This document shows positions 12,493 to 24,227 of a stretch of DNA of 64,000 nt, one piece after another. The DNA is taken from positions 45,262,001-45,326,000 of the forward strand of contig NC_045697.1 in NCBI RefSeq assembly GCF_009834535.1, read 5' to 3'. The notes below the pieces were generated by a model. That model had not been told where the DNA came from and searched no databases. It was given only the letters and a program-made list of their open reading frames with translations. Made by a program: the position numbers and the translations under genes. Source of the stretch: Camelus ferus. Taxonomy: Eukaryota. Numbering within the stretch: position 1 is the first letter of the stretch; each line of letters opens with the position of its first letter.

Positions 12493-13563
12493 AGCAAGGA
12501 TATCACACAAAAACAGAAAATTATAGGCCAGTATCACTGAGGAACATATGTGCAAAAACTCTCAACAAAATGACTCCAATGATACATTAAAAGGATCACA
12601 CACCATGATCAAGTAGGATTTATCCCAGGGGTGCAGGGGTTTTTCAACATCTGAAAATCAATTAATGTGGTACACCACGTTAACAAATTGAAGAATGAAA
12701 ACCATATAATCATCTCAATAGATGCAGAAAAAGCTTTTGATAAACTTCAACCTCCATTTATGATAAAAACTCTCCAGAAAGTGGGCATAGACAGAACATA
12801 CCTCAACATAATAACGGCCATATATGACAAACCCACAGCTAACATCATGCTCAATGGCGAAAAGCTAAAAGCATTTCCTCTAATATCAGGAACAAGACAA
12901 GGTTGCCCACTCTCACCACTTTTATTCAACATAAACATAGTTTTGGAAGTCCTAGCCACAGCAATCAAAGAAGAAAAAGAAATAAAAGGATTCTAAATTG
13001 GAAAAAAAGAAGTAAAATTGTCACTGTTGGCAGATGACATGATACTATATGTAGGAAATCCTAAAGATGCTACCAGAAAAATATGAGAGCTCATCAATGA
13101 ATTTGGTAGAGTTCAGGATACAAAATTAATACACAGAAATCTGTTACATTTCTATATAGACCTAGAGATTATCATATTAAGTGAAGTAAGTCAGACAGGG
13201 AAAGACAGACATCATATGGTTTCACTTATATATGAAATCTAAAAAAAGATACAAGTGAAATTATTTACAAAACAAAAATAGACTCACAGACATAGAAAAC
13301 AAATTTTTATTGCCAAATGGGAAACGAGGGGAGGGATAGATTGGAAGTTGGGATTAAAATATACACACTACTATGCATAAAATAGATAAACAACAAGGAC
13401 CTACTTACTGTATAGCACAGGAAACTGTTCAATATCTTGTAATAACCTATAATGGGAAAGAATCTTAAAAAGAATATACATGTATAACAGAATCACTTGC
13501 TACATACCTGAAACTAGCACAACATTGTGAAGCAACTATACTTCAATTAAAAATTTTTTTTAA
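12493..13563 (+). mobile_element. LINE-1 with RT-domain segment joined directly to the ORF2 end and 3' UTR (internal deletion)
   Basis: ORF 12667-12996 contains [12 protein letters not shown] and [15 protein letters not shown]; the LADDMILY catalytic motif lies near 13025-13050; the sequence jumps near 13158 to gacctagagattatcatattaagtgaag; degenerate TSD at 12476-12492 and 13564-13580. Confidence 0.92.
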
Positions 13564-13643
13564 AAAGCTAGAATATCAGCTTCAAGACGGGCATTGATTC
13601 AGTGGACATAGGGTAAAATTCAACTATTTGCGTTTTAAATAGG

Positions 13644-14115
13644 TGTAGCAGTTTTAAAACATGGTACTAAATTCTTTGACTCTCCTGGCATTGAGGGCTG
13701 AGTTCCACATCCCCTCTCCTTGACTGTGGGCACAGTCGTCGCTTGATGGATGCGGCACAGTAGACGGGATGCTGTGCGGGTTTCTTGGCCTGGGACTTAA
13801 GAAACCAGTAGCTTTCACTTCCTGTCTCTTGGGATGTTTCCTGTTGGAACCCAGCCACTGGACTGTAAGGAAGCCAAGCAGCTGTGTGGTGAGGCCCTTT
13901 GTAAGTGCTCCAGCTGACCCCTCAGCTGAGGGCTGTCACCCAGCGACAACCCCCAGTCGCATGAATAAACTGGTCCTCCGAAAATCCCAGTCCCCGAGGT
14001 GGGTCACCTTCAAGCAGCACCTGCTGACCTTTCGTGGAGTAGAGACAAGCCAGAGCTTCCATGCTCTGCCCAAGCTGAGGAATGGATTGTTGTTGTTTGC
14101 AAAACAGAAACACTT
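13644..14115 (+). mobile_element. MaLR LTR (MLT1F/G-like)
   Basis: Starts tgtagcagttttaaaacatgg...aaattctttgactctcc; internal ggaacccagccac...gtaaggaagcc. Confidence 0.75.
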
Positions 14116-14216
14116 ACCAGAACAAAATGTTCTCCAGGTAACGCTTACGTTGATGGCTCATGTGATTTGAAAAATACTCTCTCCGGTAATCACGAAGCCA
14201 TTACATTTCAGAGAGA

Positions 14217-14607
14217 GGACTGAATTATGTTCCCCCCAATATTTGCATGTTGAGGTCCTAATACCCAAGGTCATGGTATTTAGAGATGGACATTTGGAGA
14301 TAATGAGTTAGATGAAGTCATGAAGGTGGGGCTCTCATTACGGAATTAGAGCCTTTTTTAGGAAGAGACCCCAGAGAGCCAGCTGCCTCTCTCTCTTTCA
14401 CCACCCCCACCCTCACACAAAAAGGGATCTTATAAGGGTATAGCAGATGACGACCATCTGCAAGCCAGAAGAGTGCTCTCACCAGAACCCAAAGTTGCTA
14501 GTAGCCTGATGGTGAACTTCTAGACTCCAGGCTGTGAGAACAAATTTTTGTTGTTTAAGCCACCCAGTCTATGATATCTGGTCATGGCACCCTGAGCAGA
14601 TTAATAC
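14217..14607 (+). mobile_element. MaLR LTR (MLT1A/B-like)
   Basis: ggactgaattatgttccccccaa...gttgaggtcctaat...tgtttaagccacccagtctatg. Confidence 0.85.
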
Positions 14608-15509
14608 TCCTTTCCTACGGGCTCACTAGAAGACAGGGAGGCAACCCTTCTTTGACCGAGAGATGTGATGGCAGAGGTAAGAGCGGCTCAAGAAAACTGA
14701 AAGGCCTTGCCAAGAAAACGAACAACCCAGACAGCTTCATTTAAAGAGAAGAAATTAGAAAACCTACCTTGGTTTCTTTAGGACTGTGTTACACCTGGTG
14801 TTCCGTACCAGGCCTTTTGTCTGAGATCTTTCTTTGTTTTCTGCACCTGCTCCGTTCAGCAGAAGAGCGGCACTCGTGTCGTCAACACTTAGGACATTTT
14901 TAGAAAGCAAAACATCTGACTCACTGAAAATGTTTCATTACATAGTATTTCTGCTGCAGATTATTCTTTCCTTCTTGGAAAAGAATCAGGTTATAAAACC
15001 TTGGGGAAGCAGTTAGCAGGACCTTTAAATGGTGTTTGATTTTTTTTTTTAAGCTTAAGCATCTGACCATGGTTTTTCCAAGTCAAACAGCAGTTGAAAA
15101 ACTAAGAGGCTTTGAAGTCAGAGGGCTGTAATGCTGTGGGCTACTTCTCTGTCTCCCTCCTGAAATAGCAGGTGAGATCAGATGAGAAAATTTGTACAGA
15201 TACTGTTTGTGTTTCCCTACAAAGAAGACCATTTCTTAAGAGTCTGCCCCATAAACTTTACTTAGGTTCTGTAATACACTGAGCCACTTTTTTGAAATGT
15301 ATAAGAAAAAAAAATGCACTGTGCTGAGGAAACTTTATTTAACCACACTTTATTACTTTTAAACATGAGAAGTGTCATTTTTCTTTTTCTTTTCAAATAA
15401 TGAACAGGAACAGGAAGGCCCCGAGTTTTGGAAGGCCACATAGCAAGCCATGACTAATCCTGAGTTCAAACTCACAATGATAGAGGCATTTTTAAAGGAT
15501 ACAAAGATC

Positions 15510-15742
15510 TCAATAATGATAGCGTTCCTTTACATGGTACCTACAACGTGCCAGTCTCAATCCTTGTCATCCTGGAGTATTTTTCACTGTTGCGGTTCAT
15601 CAGTGGTGAAGGTATTTGTAATGGATGAAGAAAGTGAAATTCAGAGTGGTTGGGTAACTGGACCAAGCTGCATTACTAATGAGAGGCTGTGTCAGAACCC
15701 TCCAACTCCATGGCTCTGAAATCCACGTTCTTTCCTCTGCTA
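15510..15742 (-). mobile_element. MIR SINE (diverged)
   Basis: gatgaagaaagtgaaattcagagtggttgggtaactggaccaag, MIR core in reverse. Confidence 0.6.
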
Positions 15743-16794
15743 TGTCGTGTGACATCTGTCAGGATATTTGCTTTTATGCAAATACCAGATCAATCTATTA
15801 ATAGTTAATCTCTCACCCTAGAAGAGCAGAAGACTCTCAGTGAGAGTGAAATGGGTATTGGTAGTCCAGCGACTTGAATACTATTTCATTTCCTTACTAA
15901 TGAAATTCTTCCAAAGCAAAACTGATTTAAAAATATATATATATTTAGTGGTAAGTGTGTGCTGGGAAGAAAGGCCAGGGGGACTGAGGACTATGCTTTA
16001 CCAGCAGGCTCTAATCCTGTCATGATGATGGACCATCAAGGTATTGATCTGCAGAGCTCACAGTGATCATCATCATTCACGGTTGTAGAGAGCTCTTATT
16101 TTTTAGGTCCAAGATAATTTGTCTGGAAGAAGACAAGACAACTAACTGGATCAGAAAGGAAGCCGTGCCTGGTACATGAGATTAGCTTTCTTTGGGGGAA
16201 ACTTTGATTGCATCCAAGTTTCTGTGGAGAGAGCAGGGAATTGTAGGTCACATGTAGTCACCAAGGAAGCAGTCTATTTGCAAAATACAATAAATACAAA
16301 AGTTTGAAACTGAGAATTGGTTTATTATAACAATGCATGAAATGATGAAGTTGAGGTAGTTATAAATACCTTGAGTAGGGGGACGATGCCCTCAAAAACA
16401 GGATGAAAGGGCATCTTTGTGAGCAGTTTCCTGAGCTAAAGAAGGGAAGATGTCTAGTCTGCTCGACAGGCCTCTTTCTGTAGAGAAGGAAGAGAACGCA
16501 TCAGTTTGCTGTATCTTCCTGATAATGAACGTTCCCGGGATAATCTAACTCCTCCAGCTTTGATTCTGTATTCGCCAAGCAACCTCCGATGGTAATTGAG
16601 TTTCCCAAATAGATTTCTCTCCTGGGAAGGCAATGAGAGGACCGACTGACATGACTATCCAATCTTTTTGGCAGTGTGATTTCTCACTGTAAATTAAGAC
16701 CCTGGCTCCTGCATTGCGATGTAGCTGGGTGAGGTGAGGCTGGCCTGAGTTCTGAGGTTAGCTGAATTCCCAAAGCCCTGGGTCTGCAGAACTG

Positions 16795-17000
16795 CTAATA
16801 GCAACTACGTACATTCGTATAGGAATTTGTAGTTAGTAAAGCCGTTGACCCAGGGCAGTCCCATTTAGCTTTCATGATGTGTCTGTGAGGTATTTATCAT
16901 GATCTCTATTTCATTAAGATTTGGAAAGGTTAAGTGAATTTCTCAAGGTCATACAGCTAGAGGCAGATAGAATGCAAAACCCAGGGCTTTGGATGATAAA
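16795..17000 (-). mobile_element. MIR SINE (diverged)
   Basis: aaaggttaagtgaatttctcaaggtcatacagctag. Confidence 0.65.
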
Positions 17001-17137
17001 CTCCTGCAGAACTCCTTCACTCCCGGGACAGGTGAGTACACAAATGTGTGGAGACTCACAAGATGGAGTTTCCAACAATGTGCAGCCTTATTGGTCTCCT
17101 GCTACCCCAGAGCCTCATGGACAGAGGATGAAATTTA

Positions 17138-18133
17138 ATTTAGTCATCACCCCAGTCTCCTCATGTCTCCTCATCACCTCCAGGCGTAGGAAACCACTAA
17201 TCTGCTTTCTGTCTCTGTAGATTTGGCTATTCTTGGCATTCTACATAAATGGAATCATACAATTTTGTGGTCCTTTGTGACTGGCTTCTTTCAATTAGCA
17301 TAATGTCTTCAAGGCTCATCTGTGTTGTAGCATCAGTACTTCCTTCTTTTTTCTTGCCAAATAATATTCCGTTGTAAGGATATACTACATCTCAGTTATC
17401 CATTTACCAGTTAATGGACACTTGGGATTTTCCCCTACTTTTTGACTGTTGGAAACAGTGCTATGAACATCTATGTGCAAGTTTTTATGTAAACATAGGT
17501 TTCCATTTCTCTTGAGTATATAACTAGAAATTGAATTGCTGGATCATATGATAATACTATATGTCTTACTATTTGACAAACTGTCAGGCTGTTTTCAAAG
17601 CAGCTGCACCAGTTCACATTTTTACTGGCTATGTATGAGGCTTCCAATTTCTCTCCATCCTCACTGACACTTGTTACTATCTGATACTATTTATTTATTT
17701 ATTTATGTACTTATTTTGATTGAAGTGTAGTTGATTTACACTTTGCTCTACACTTGTTACTATGTGACTTTTTGATTAGAGACGTGCTAATGGATATGAA
17801 GTGGTGTCTCACTGTGGCTTTGCTTAACAGTTCTCTGATGACTAATGACGTTAAGCACCTTTTCGTGTACTTATTGGTCATTTGTGTATCTTCTTTGGAG
17901 AAATGTCTATTCAGATCCTTTGTCCATTTTTGCATTGTGTTATTTGTCTTTTTGCCATCTAGTTGTAGTAGTTCTTTAGATAGTCTAGATACGAGTTCCT
18001 CATCAGACACATAATTAAAAAAAACAGTCTCCTGTTTTGTGGGTCATCATTTCACTCTTCTGATGTTTTTAATTTTGATGAGATCCAATTTATCTATTTT
18101 TTTTTTTGTTGTTGCTTGTGCTTTTGGTGTCCA
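17138..18133 (-). mobile_element. Ancient L1 (L1MB-like) ORF2 end and 3' UTR
   Basis: ORF 17711-18010 (QKWTKDLNRHFSKEDTQM...SLVIRE) is L1 ORF2; aaccactaatctgctttctgtctctgtagatttg...aaatggaatcatac is an L1M-type 3' UTR. Confidence 0.88.
17685..17749 (-). mobile_element. Ultra-short L1 3' tip nested in the older L1, with TSD
   Basis: Reverse complement gtgtaaatcaactacacttcaatc plus A-rich tail; direct repeat acacttgttactat at 17667-17680 and 17750-17763. Confidence 0.8.
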
Positions 18134-19690
18134 GGTGAAACTTCTTGAATAGGAAGAAAACCTGATTAGATGTCTAAATAATGTTAACTGTTACTGTGAA
18201 GTACAATGTAAAAAAAAAAAAGAACAGTTTCAGAGGATAAGTATTTGCTTTCATGGAGTTGGCATGCTGATGAGAAGAAAAATGAAGGAAAGAGAGAAGG
18301 CAGAAAACAATAAAAGAAGGCTTAGAAGAAGTGTTGGTAAGGGATAAATATTGAAAATGAAATTTCAACAATAGCTCATTCTAGCAATGTTCATTGTCCT
18401 GTTTCTTTGTAGTGCAAACATATTATATCAACAAAGTATATCCCTCAAATAATACATTTTACATTTAGATTTTTTGGATGTTTTCCTAGAGATGGAAACA
18501 ACCATGACTGTATCTTACATTTGCTTTCAAAACTATCAAGAGTCAAATGAGTTGTCCATATATTTTTCTATAAGAGTTAATTACTTATTTTAGACTGATT
18601 TACTTTGTGTACTATATCATTACTAAAAGAGCACCTTGGTTTATACGAAAGTCTTAAACTTCCTCTGAGACTGTAACATAATATAGTCTCTTTATACAAA
18701 CCACGATATATGTAGCTTGTACCTATGACTACAATTAGATTTCCTCTTGGTGTGTTGACAGGTATTTTATGAGTAACATCTGCAATAGCCAGTAATCTGC
18801 TGCAAGAAATAGTGCTGATTTCATTAGAAAATAATTTGCCTTTCAAAACACTTTTTCATATATTCTAAGCACTCTCTAAGAATGCAACTTAATTATAGAT
18901 CACCAAGGAAAGTTCTGGGAACAGTAAAGAAAAAATAAGTACATTCAGTTCAGCGAATGAAAGGAAAAGGGGGTGAAGAAATTGTCTTTATCTGTGCTTT
19001 TGCATGTATGTATCATGATGGTTCTGGTGGCTCTGTACTTATGTTTGTATCTAAGTGTAGGCTCATTTGCTCATCTGAATTAAATCTGAAGTGCTGATGG
19101 GCTGCAAACTCCAGGAACATTACCATGGTCCTAGAATTCAAATGACAAGGCTTACGTGCTTAATCACAGTTTTAACTAAACAGTTATTTCAGAAACAATC
19201 TCTTCATTAAGCCAGTTAAATGTCAGCAAGAGTCAGCAAACACTGTATTTAAGAATTGAGTTTGAGGATCACTTTGAAATGTACCATGTCCGGGTTATGA
19301 TTTCTTACCTTCCCCCTTTATTTTCAAATTTTCTCTTTGAACTAATTCTAATTGCATTCTTATGCACAAATGTTTACCAGAAAGTTCTTTTATGGTTGCC
19401 TCTGTTTGTTTAATGTGAAATTCAAATCTTCCTAGGTTTGGGGCCAGTTCCCTAGATTTGGCAGTATTTTTGTAACTAAGTGACTTTAGGTTTTTTTTTT
19501 CCCCAAACATCAGATTTAAAAAAAAAAAATTAACTTTTTTTCTGCCGGAAATAATACACACAACACATCTAAAGTATTGTTTTTATTGTATTATATTACT
19601 TAACACTAACATTACATAAATATATATTATATACATATACTCTATATAAAGTATACTTTTGAAAAAATAAGCTTTAAAAACATATTAGTG

Positions 19691-19900
19691 GGAGGAGGGT
19701 ACAGCTCAGTGGTAGAGTGCATGCCTAGCAAGCATGAGGTCCTGGATTCAATCCCCAGTCCCTCCATTAAATAAATAAATACATAAACCAAATTACCCCC
19801 GCCTCCAAAGGAAGTATACAGTGCTGTATGTCAGGTATATCTCAATAAAGCTGGAAGGGAAAGGATGATTAAAAGTAAAAATAAATAAAAGTATAAAAAA
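19691..19900 (+). mobile_element. Vic-1-like SINE followed by an L1-type 3' tip and A-rich tail
   Basis: ggaggagggtacagctcagtggtagagtgcatgcctagc...gattcaatccccagt...aattaccccc, then tgtatgtcaggtatatctcaataaagctgg; attagtg on both flanks. Confidence 0.85.
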
Positions 19901-20592
19901 ATTAGTGACAGTACAGTGTTCAGCATTAAAGAATCTTTTTGATGTATTAAATATTTCTAATGAGGATAATTAAATAAACAGTATTAGATTTAAATAAAAA
20001 GGTGTCAATCCAGAAGAAAATAAAGAAGAAATTGGGTTGTCATATTTCACATCTGAAGCTACAAGTGCCAAGTGTTTGAACTACTTTAGAGAGAGGCCTC
20101 TGGTATTTTCCATATCAGGTGACCTTCTGGAAATAATCTGAGCCACGATGACATCGCAGGATAGTGTACACTCGAGCACCTCACAGCATGTTAGGATTTA
20201 GGAAACAGATGAACCCTCCCATTGAGGAAAAGGGACTGCCAAACCTGCGGGTTCGTGTCTATCCCTTTGCTCGCGGGTCCTCCCCGTCCTGCTAAGGAAA
20301 GACATCGGCAGGGGGAGACTGAGGCTGCCCACAGGGCGGGGGATGCCCAGAGCGGATGTGAGGCTCGGTGAAGTTATAGCGGCCAGTGGCCAGTCTTCTC
20401 ACGCTTTGTCTCTCAGGAAGAGGGCTCCAGATGGGCCCAACGACAAGAAGCATTTTAACTGATCCTCGGCCCTGAGATTCTGTGGGCACAGATACCACAT
20501 CTGAGAAACAGTGAATGCAGGATTGCTCAGAAAAGTCTGAAGTCCTGTGCATTATGATCCTTCCTCCTACTGCAATCAGGAATAGGCAGAGC

Positions 20593-20604
20593 GGGGACTT
20601 TCCC
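20593..20604 (+). promoter_or_regulatory. NF-kB site (Ig-kappa type)
   Basis: ggggactttccc contains the canonical GGGACTTTCC; lies in a GC/CpG-enriched unique patch. Confidence 0.45.
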
Positions 20605-20647
20605 TTCTGAGCTTCCTCATCAGGTGCCAGCATTCCATGTCTCTCTC

Positions 20648-21377
20648 TTTAATTGAAGTATAGTGAGTTTACAATATTGTGTTAGTTTCTGGTGTATAGC
20701 ATAGTGATTCATATATATATATATTCTTTTTCATGACAAGTTACTACAAGCCACTGAATATAGTTCCCTGTGCTATACAGTAGAACCTTGATGTTTATCT
20801 ATTCTGTACATAGTAGTTTGTATCTGCCAGTCCCAAACTCCCAATTTATCCCTCCCCATCTTCTTCCCCTGCCATGGGGAAGTTTGTTTTCTATGTCTGT
20901 GAGTCTCTTTCTGTTTTGTAAATAAGTTCATTTGTGTCTTTTTTTTTTTTTTTTGGATTCCACATATAAGTGATACCATATGATATTTGTCTTTCTCTTA
21001 CTGATTTACTTCACTTAGTAAGACAATCTCTAGGTCTATCCATGTTGCTTCCAATGACATTATTTCATTCCCTTTTGTGGCTGAGTAATATTCCATTATA
21101 TACATACACACACCCCCACACATACTCTTTATGTAGTCATCTGTCTATGGACATTTAGGTTGTTTCCAAGTCTTGGCTATTGTAAATAGTGCTGCTATGA
21201 ATATTGGGGTGCATGTATCTTTTCCAATTAGGGTTTTCTCCAGATATACGCCCAGGAGTGGGATTGCTGGGTCAAATGGTAACTCTATTTTTAGTTTTTT
21301 AAGGAACCCCATACTGTTCTCCATGGTGGCTGCACCAGTTTGCATTCCCACCAGCAGCGTAGGAGGGCTCCTCTTTT
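20648..21377 (-). mobile_element. 5'-truncated LINE-1 (ORF2 end and 3' UTR)
   Basis: ORF 21145-21351 FLKKLKIELPFDPAIPLLG...KTWKQPKCP; reverse L1 terminus ttaattgaagtatag. Confidence 0.93.
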
Positions 21378-22189
21378 GAAAAAGGATCCTGGGCTTCCAT
21401 TTTGCACAGGACCCTGTAAATTACATTGTCTTGTCTATGCACATGGCCACGAGTCGACCTGGCCCACTCCCATGGTTTCCCTGACACACTAGTGTGGTCT
21501 GAGACCTCGTGCAGAGGGGAGCCAGACCAGTGGGGCTGAGACTTCTGCTAGCTCTCTCCTTGCCAAAATGAGCACAACTGTTCCCATGGCTAGAGCAACT
21601 CAGTGACACCAGCTGAGGCTGCCATGGGGAAGCCAGGATTTGAGAGCATATTTAATAAGCTAATTTGAATGCAGATGTTGGAAGCTAGCACTGACTTAAT
21701 TTTTCCTTCTCCCGGACAATGTTTAATGAAGAACAAGAGAAACAAAGAAGCAACCAGTGCCCATCCTCCGCCTCCCGATCTTGCAAACCTAAAGGAGACC
21801 CAAGCTGGGATGGTGGAGATTCACACTGAATGTGAGTTTGGAGTTATGCAGTTATTGCATAAGATTAACTGTTTTCTTACTTAATGGTGACTTATTACTT
21901 AATAGTAACCAGGAGAGCTGTGAGACCTGAACAGCGTTCATCCAGGGTGAAGAGAGAACAGGTTGAGAGAGTGGGTTCAAAGAGATAGTGGCTAAAAGAA
22001 AAAAAATGTGCTTTTTGCTCTATTGAATCCAGCTTATTTAATAAACTAGACACAAAAGCCTTATTCCTTTAAGGCCAGTAGGAGAATGAACAAGTGGATC
22101 ATGAGGACAGAACATATTAAATCACAAGTCCTGCTCTTTGTGTTCGTGAGGCTGGCCCCGAGTTAATGCAGGCACTAATCTAGTCCTTA

Positions 22190-22432
22190 CTAAAGCACTA
22201 CCTACCAATTGTGAGGTGTTTACTACGTGCCAAGCAAAGTACTAAGCATATTTTATATATTACATAATTTCTACCTCACAATGAGGTCTTTTAATAAATG
22301 CATTACATAAATGAGGAAATAATGTGTTAGAAAGATTGAAGTCACTAAGTCATATTGTGGGTCAGTAAAGCAGGCAGCATTTGAAGGCAGCCCCATCTCA
22401 TTCTGAAGTTCATGCTCTGAGCCACTAAACTT
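22190..22432 (-). mobile_element. MIR SINE
   Basis: tactacgtgccaagc...ctcacaatgagg...aatgaggaaa...gttcatgctctgagccacta. Confidence 0.65.
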
Positions 22433-23648
22433 ATTCTGTCCTTAATGGAGCTAAAAAATGAGTTACTCAGATTTTTTTTATCATGCCTTTCTGGACAGTC
22501 TTTTTTGTAATACTCATAAATGGCAACCATCAAAGTAGCATCATTTTCAACTAAACAAAAGCAATGAAATGCCTTTCTCACCCCCTCTTTTCCTATTCTC
22601 TTGATCTTTCATATTTATACATATGAACTGTCAAACAAACAGAAACACCCAAATTGATTATTTACACTAAAATTAAAATTCAACCATTTATATAGCTTCT
22701 ATAAGTCCTGTTCTGCTAAAAACAAAAACAAAGCCAAACAAAAAAATCCAAGTCTTAACCTAGTTTCTTGTGTCTATCAAATTTCAGTTGATGAAGGAAA
22801 CAATGAGAATCACTGTCATAGATTAAAAACCGATCAACAAGAAAGCAGACAGGACTGCCCAAGAGGAGAAGGCTGTCTGGGGCCAGAGCTGTCCTCAGAG
22901 TTCAGCGAAGCAACATCAACGGGAAGGGCACAGAATCAGGATCTCAGATTTGCAAGAGCCCATGAAGATAAGAGGGCAGACACAGTTGTACAGAGTTCTG
23001 TCAAGCTTGGTTTAGATCGGGAATAAGATGGGAAAGGAGAAATGCTTGGAATTGCTGGAACCTGAAAGAACAGTAAGAAATAGGCTGGCTGCTAATCAGA
23101 ATAAGCAAAGGTTTATGAGACGGCTCTCCAGTCCTGGTTCAAGTGCCTACGCATCCCAACAAAGATATTTGAAGGACACTATTCCCACCCCTGGACTGGG
23201 GTTGGAAGAAAGGCTTCAGACTCTTGGGAAAGGGAGAGACCAGGCTCGCCTTCCCAGAACCATAGATGACAGGGACAGCAAGGGGACGGTCCCCCACCTT
23301 AGGAACCTTGATCCGGCCCTTTGTTGATTCTCCCACAGACTTCAGGTCATCTGGGCCAGGGAAGGCAGCACCTGCAGAACACAGAATCCTGCTCTGGATG
23401 AATCTCAAGATAATGGAATTTTTCTGCTGTAGCTACCTTCTCTCTTTTTTAAAACTGTGGACAATATTTTCAAATCTCCAGACCCTTCATATCTTTCCTG
23501 TCTTTCCCTAAAAGACCACCCGCTTTCCTGTAGCTGTTCCACACTCTGTTTAAGCAGGATATAATGCGTGGGGGCCGAGTGGACTTGCCCAGCCATTTAC
23601 AATCTCCTCTCCTGTTTTGGATTTTGCTCTAAAAATCATCACTTTCAT

Positions 23649-24227
23649 TGAGAGAGGAGGGAAGTGGGCAGGACACAGCCATTAAAGGAATGACACAGCA
23701 ATTAGCTTCAAGATGGCAGAAAATTCAAATCCCAGTAGACCCTGAGGCCCAAGATGGTGGGAGATTCAACTTCCAGTGGACCTTGAGCTTCATTATACAC
23801 ATTGTGATGTACTAGCACAGTGAATGACACACCCATAGGTGCCGAGACAGTTCTGAAGCTAACCTTGAAAGGTCAAAGAGAGAGCAGTGGCCCATTTCCT
23901 GGGAACCCCTGTCCCTCCCCCAAACCAGTTGGAACAATCCTCTCACTTGTTAGCATATAAAACTAACAACACTGCATCTCATGGTCGCTCTCTGTCTCTT
24001 GCCTTCTGAGACAGCCCACACTCTGTCTCTGGAATGTGTATCTATCTTTACTCCCCACCTCCAAACATCTTTCTAAGTAAATCTACTTTTATTCAACTAT
24101 GGCTCACTCTTGAATTCTTTCCTGCATGAAGCCAAGGACCCTCACTTATTGGGGCACATCCCAGGGACTCAGCCAAGACCTGGGACATGGCCATTCTCTC
24201 GCGCACCGCCTCCTTTTTCCTGTATCG
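23649..24227 (+). mobile_element. ERV1-class solo LTR
   Basis: TG start, duplicated caagatgg...attcaa...ccagt.gacc.tgag unit in U3, catataaaa TATA box, agtaaa signal, U5 with cttgaattctttcctgcatgaagccaaggaccc. Confidence 0.75.

Noticed and set aside
12667..12996. Reverse-transcriptase ORF as a novel RT system
   Set aside because: It is standard LINE-1 ORF2 RT with stops and frameshifts on both sides
17020..17040. Isolated strong splice donors (CAG|gtgagt here, and minus-strand donors near 41955 and 49328)
   Set aside because: No convincing paired acceptor; such matches are expected by chance in 64 kb
19691..19770. tRNA gene
   Set aside because: The tRNA-like head continues into SINE body and tail, lacks a proper acceptor stem, and has three related copies in the window
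23028..23511. Overlapping 80-99 aa ORFs
   Set aside because: No recognisable domain or exon structure; overlapping ORFs on both strands fit chance in GC-richer DNA
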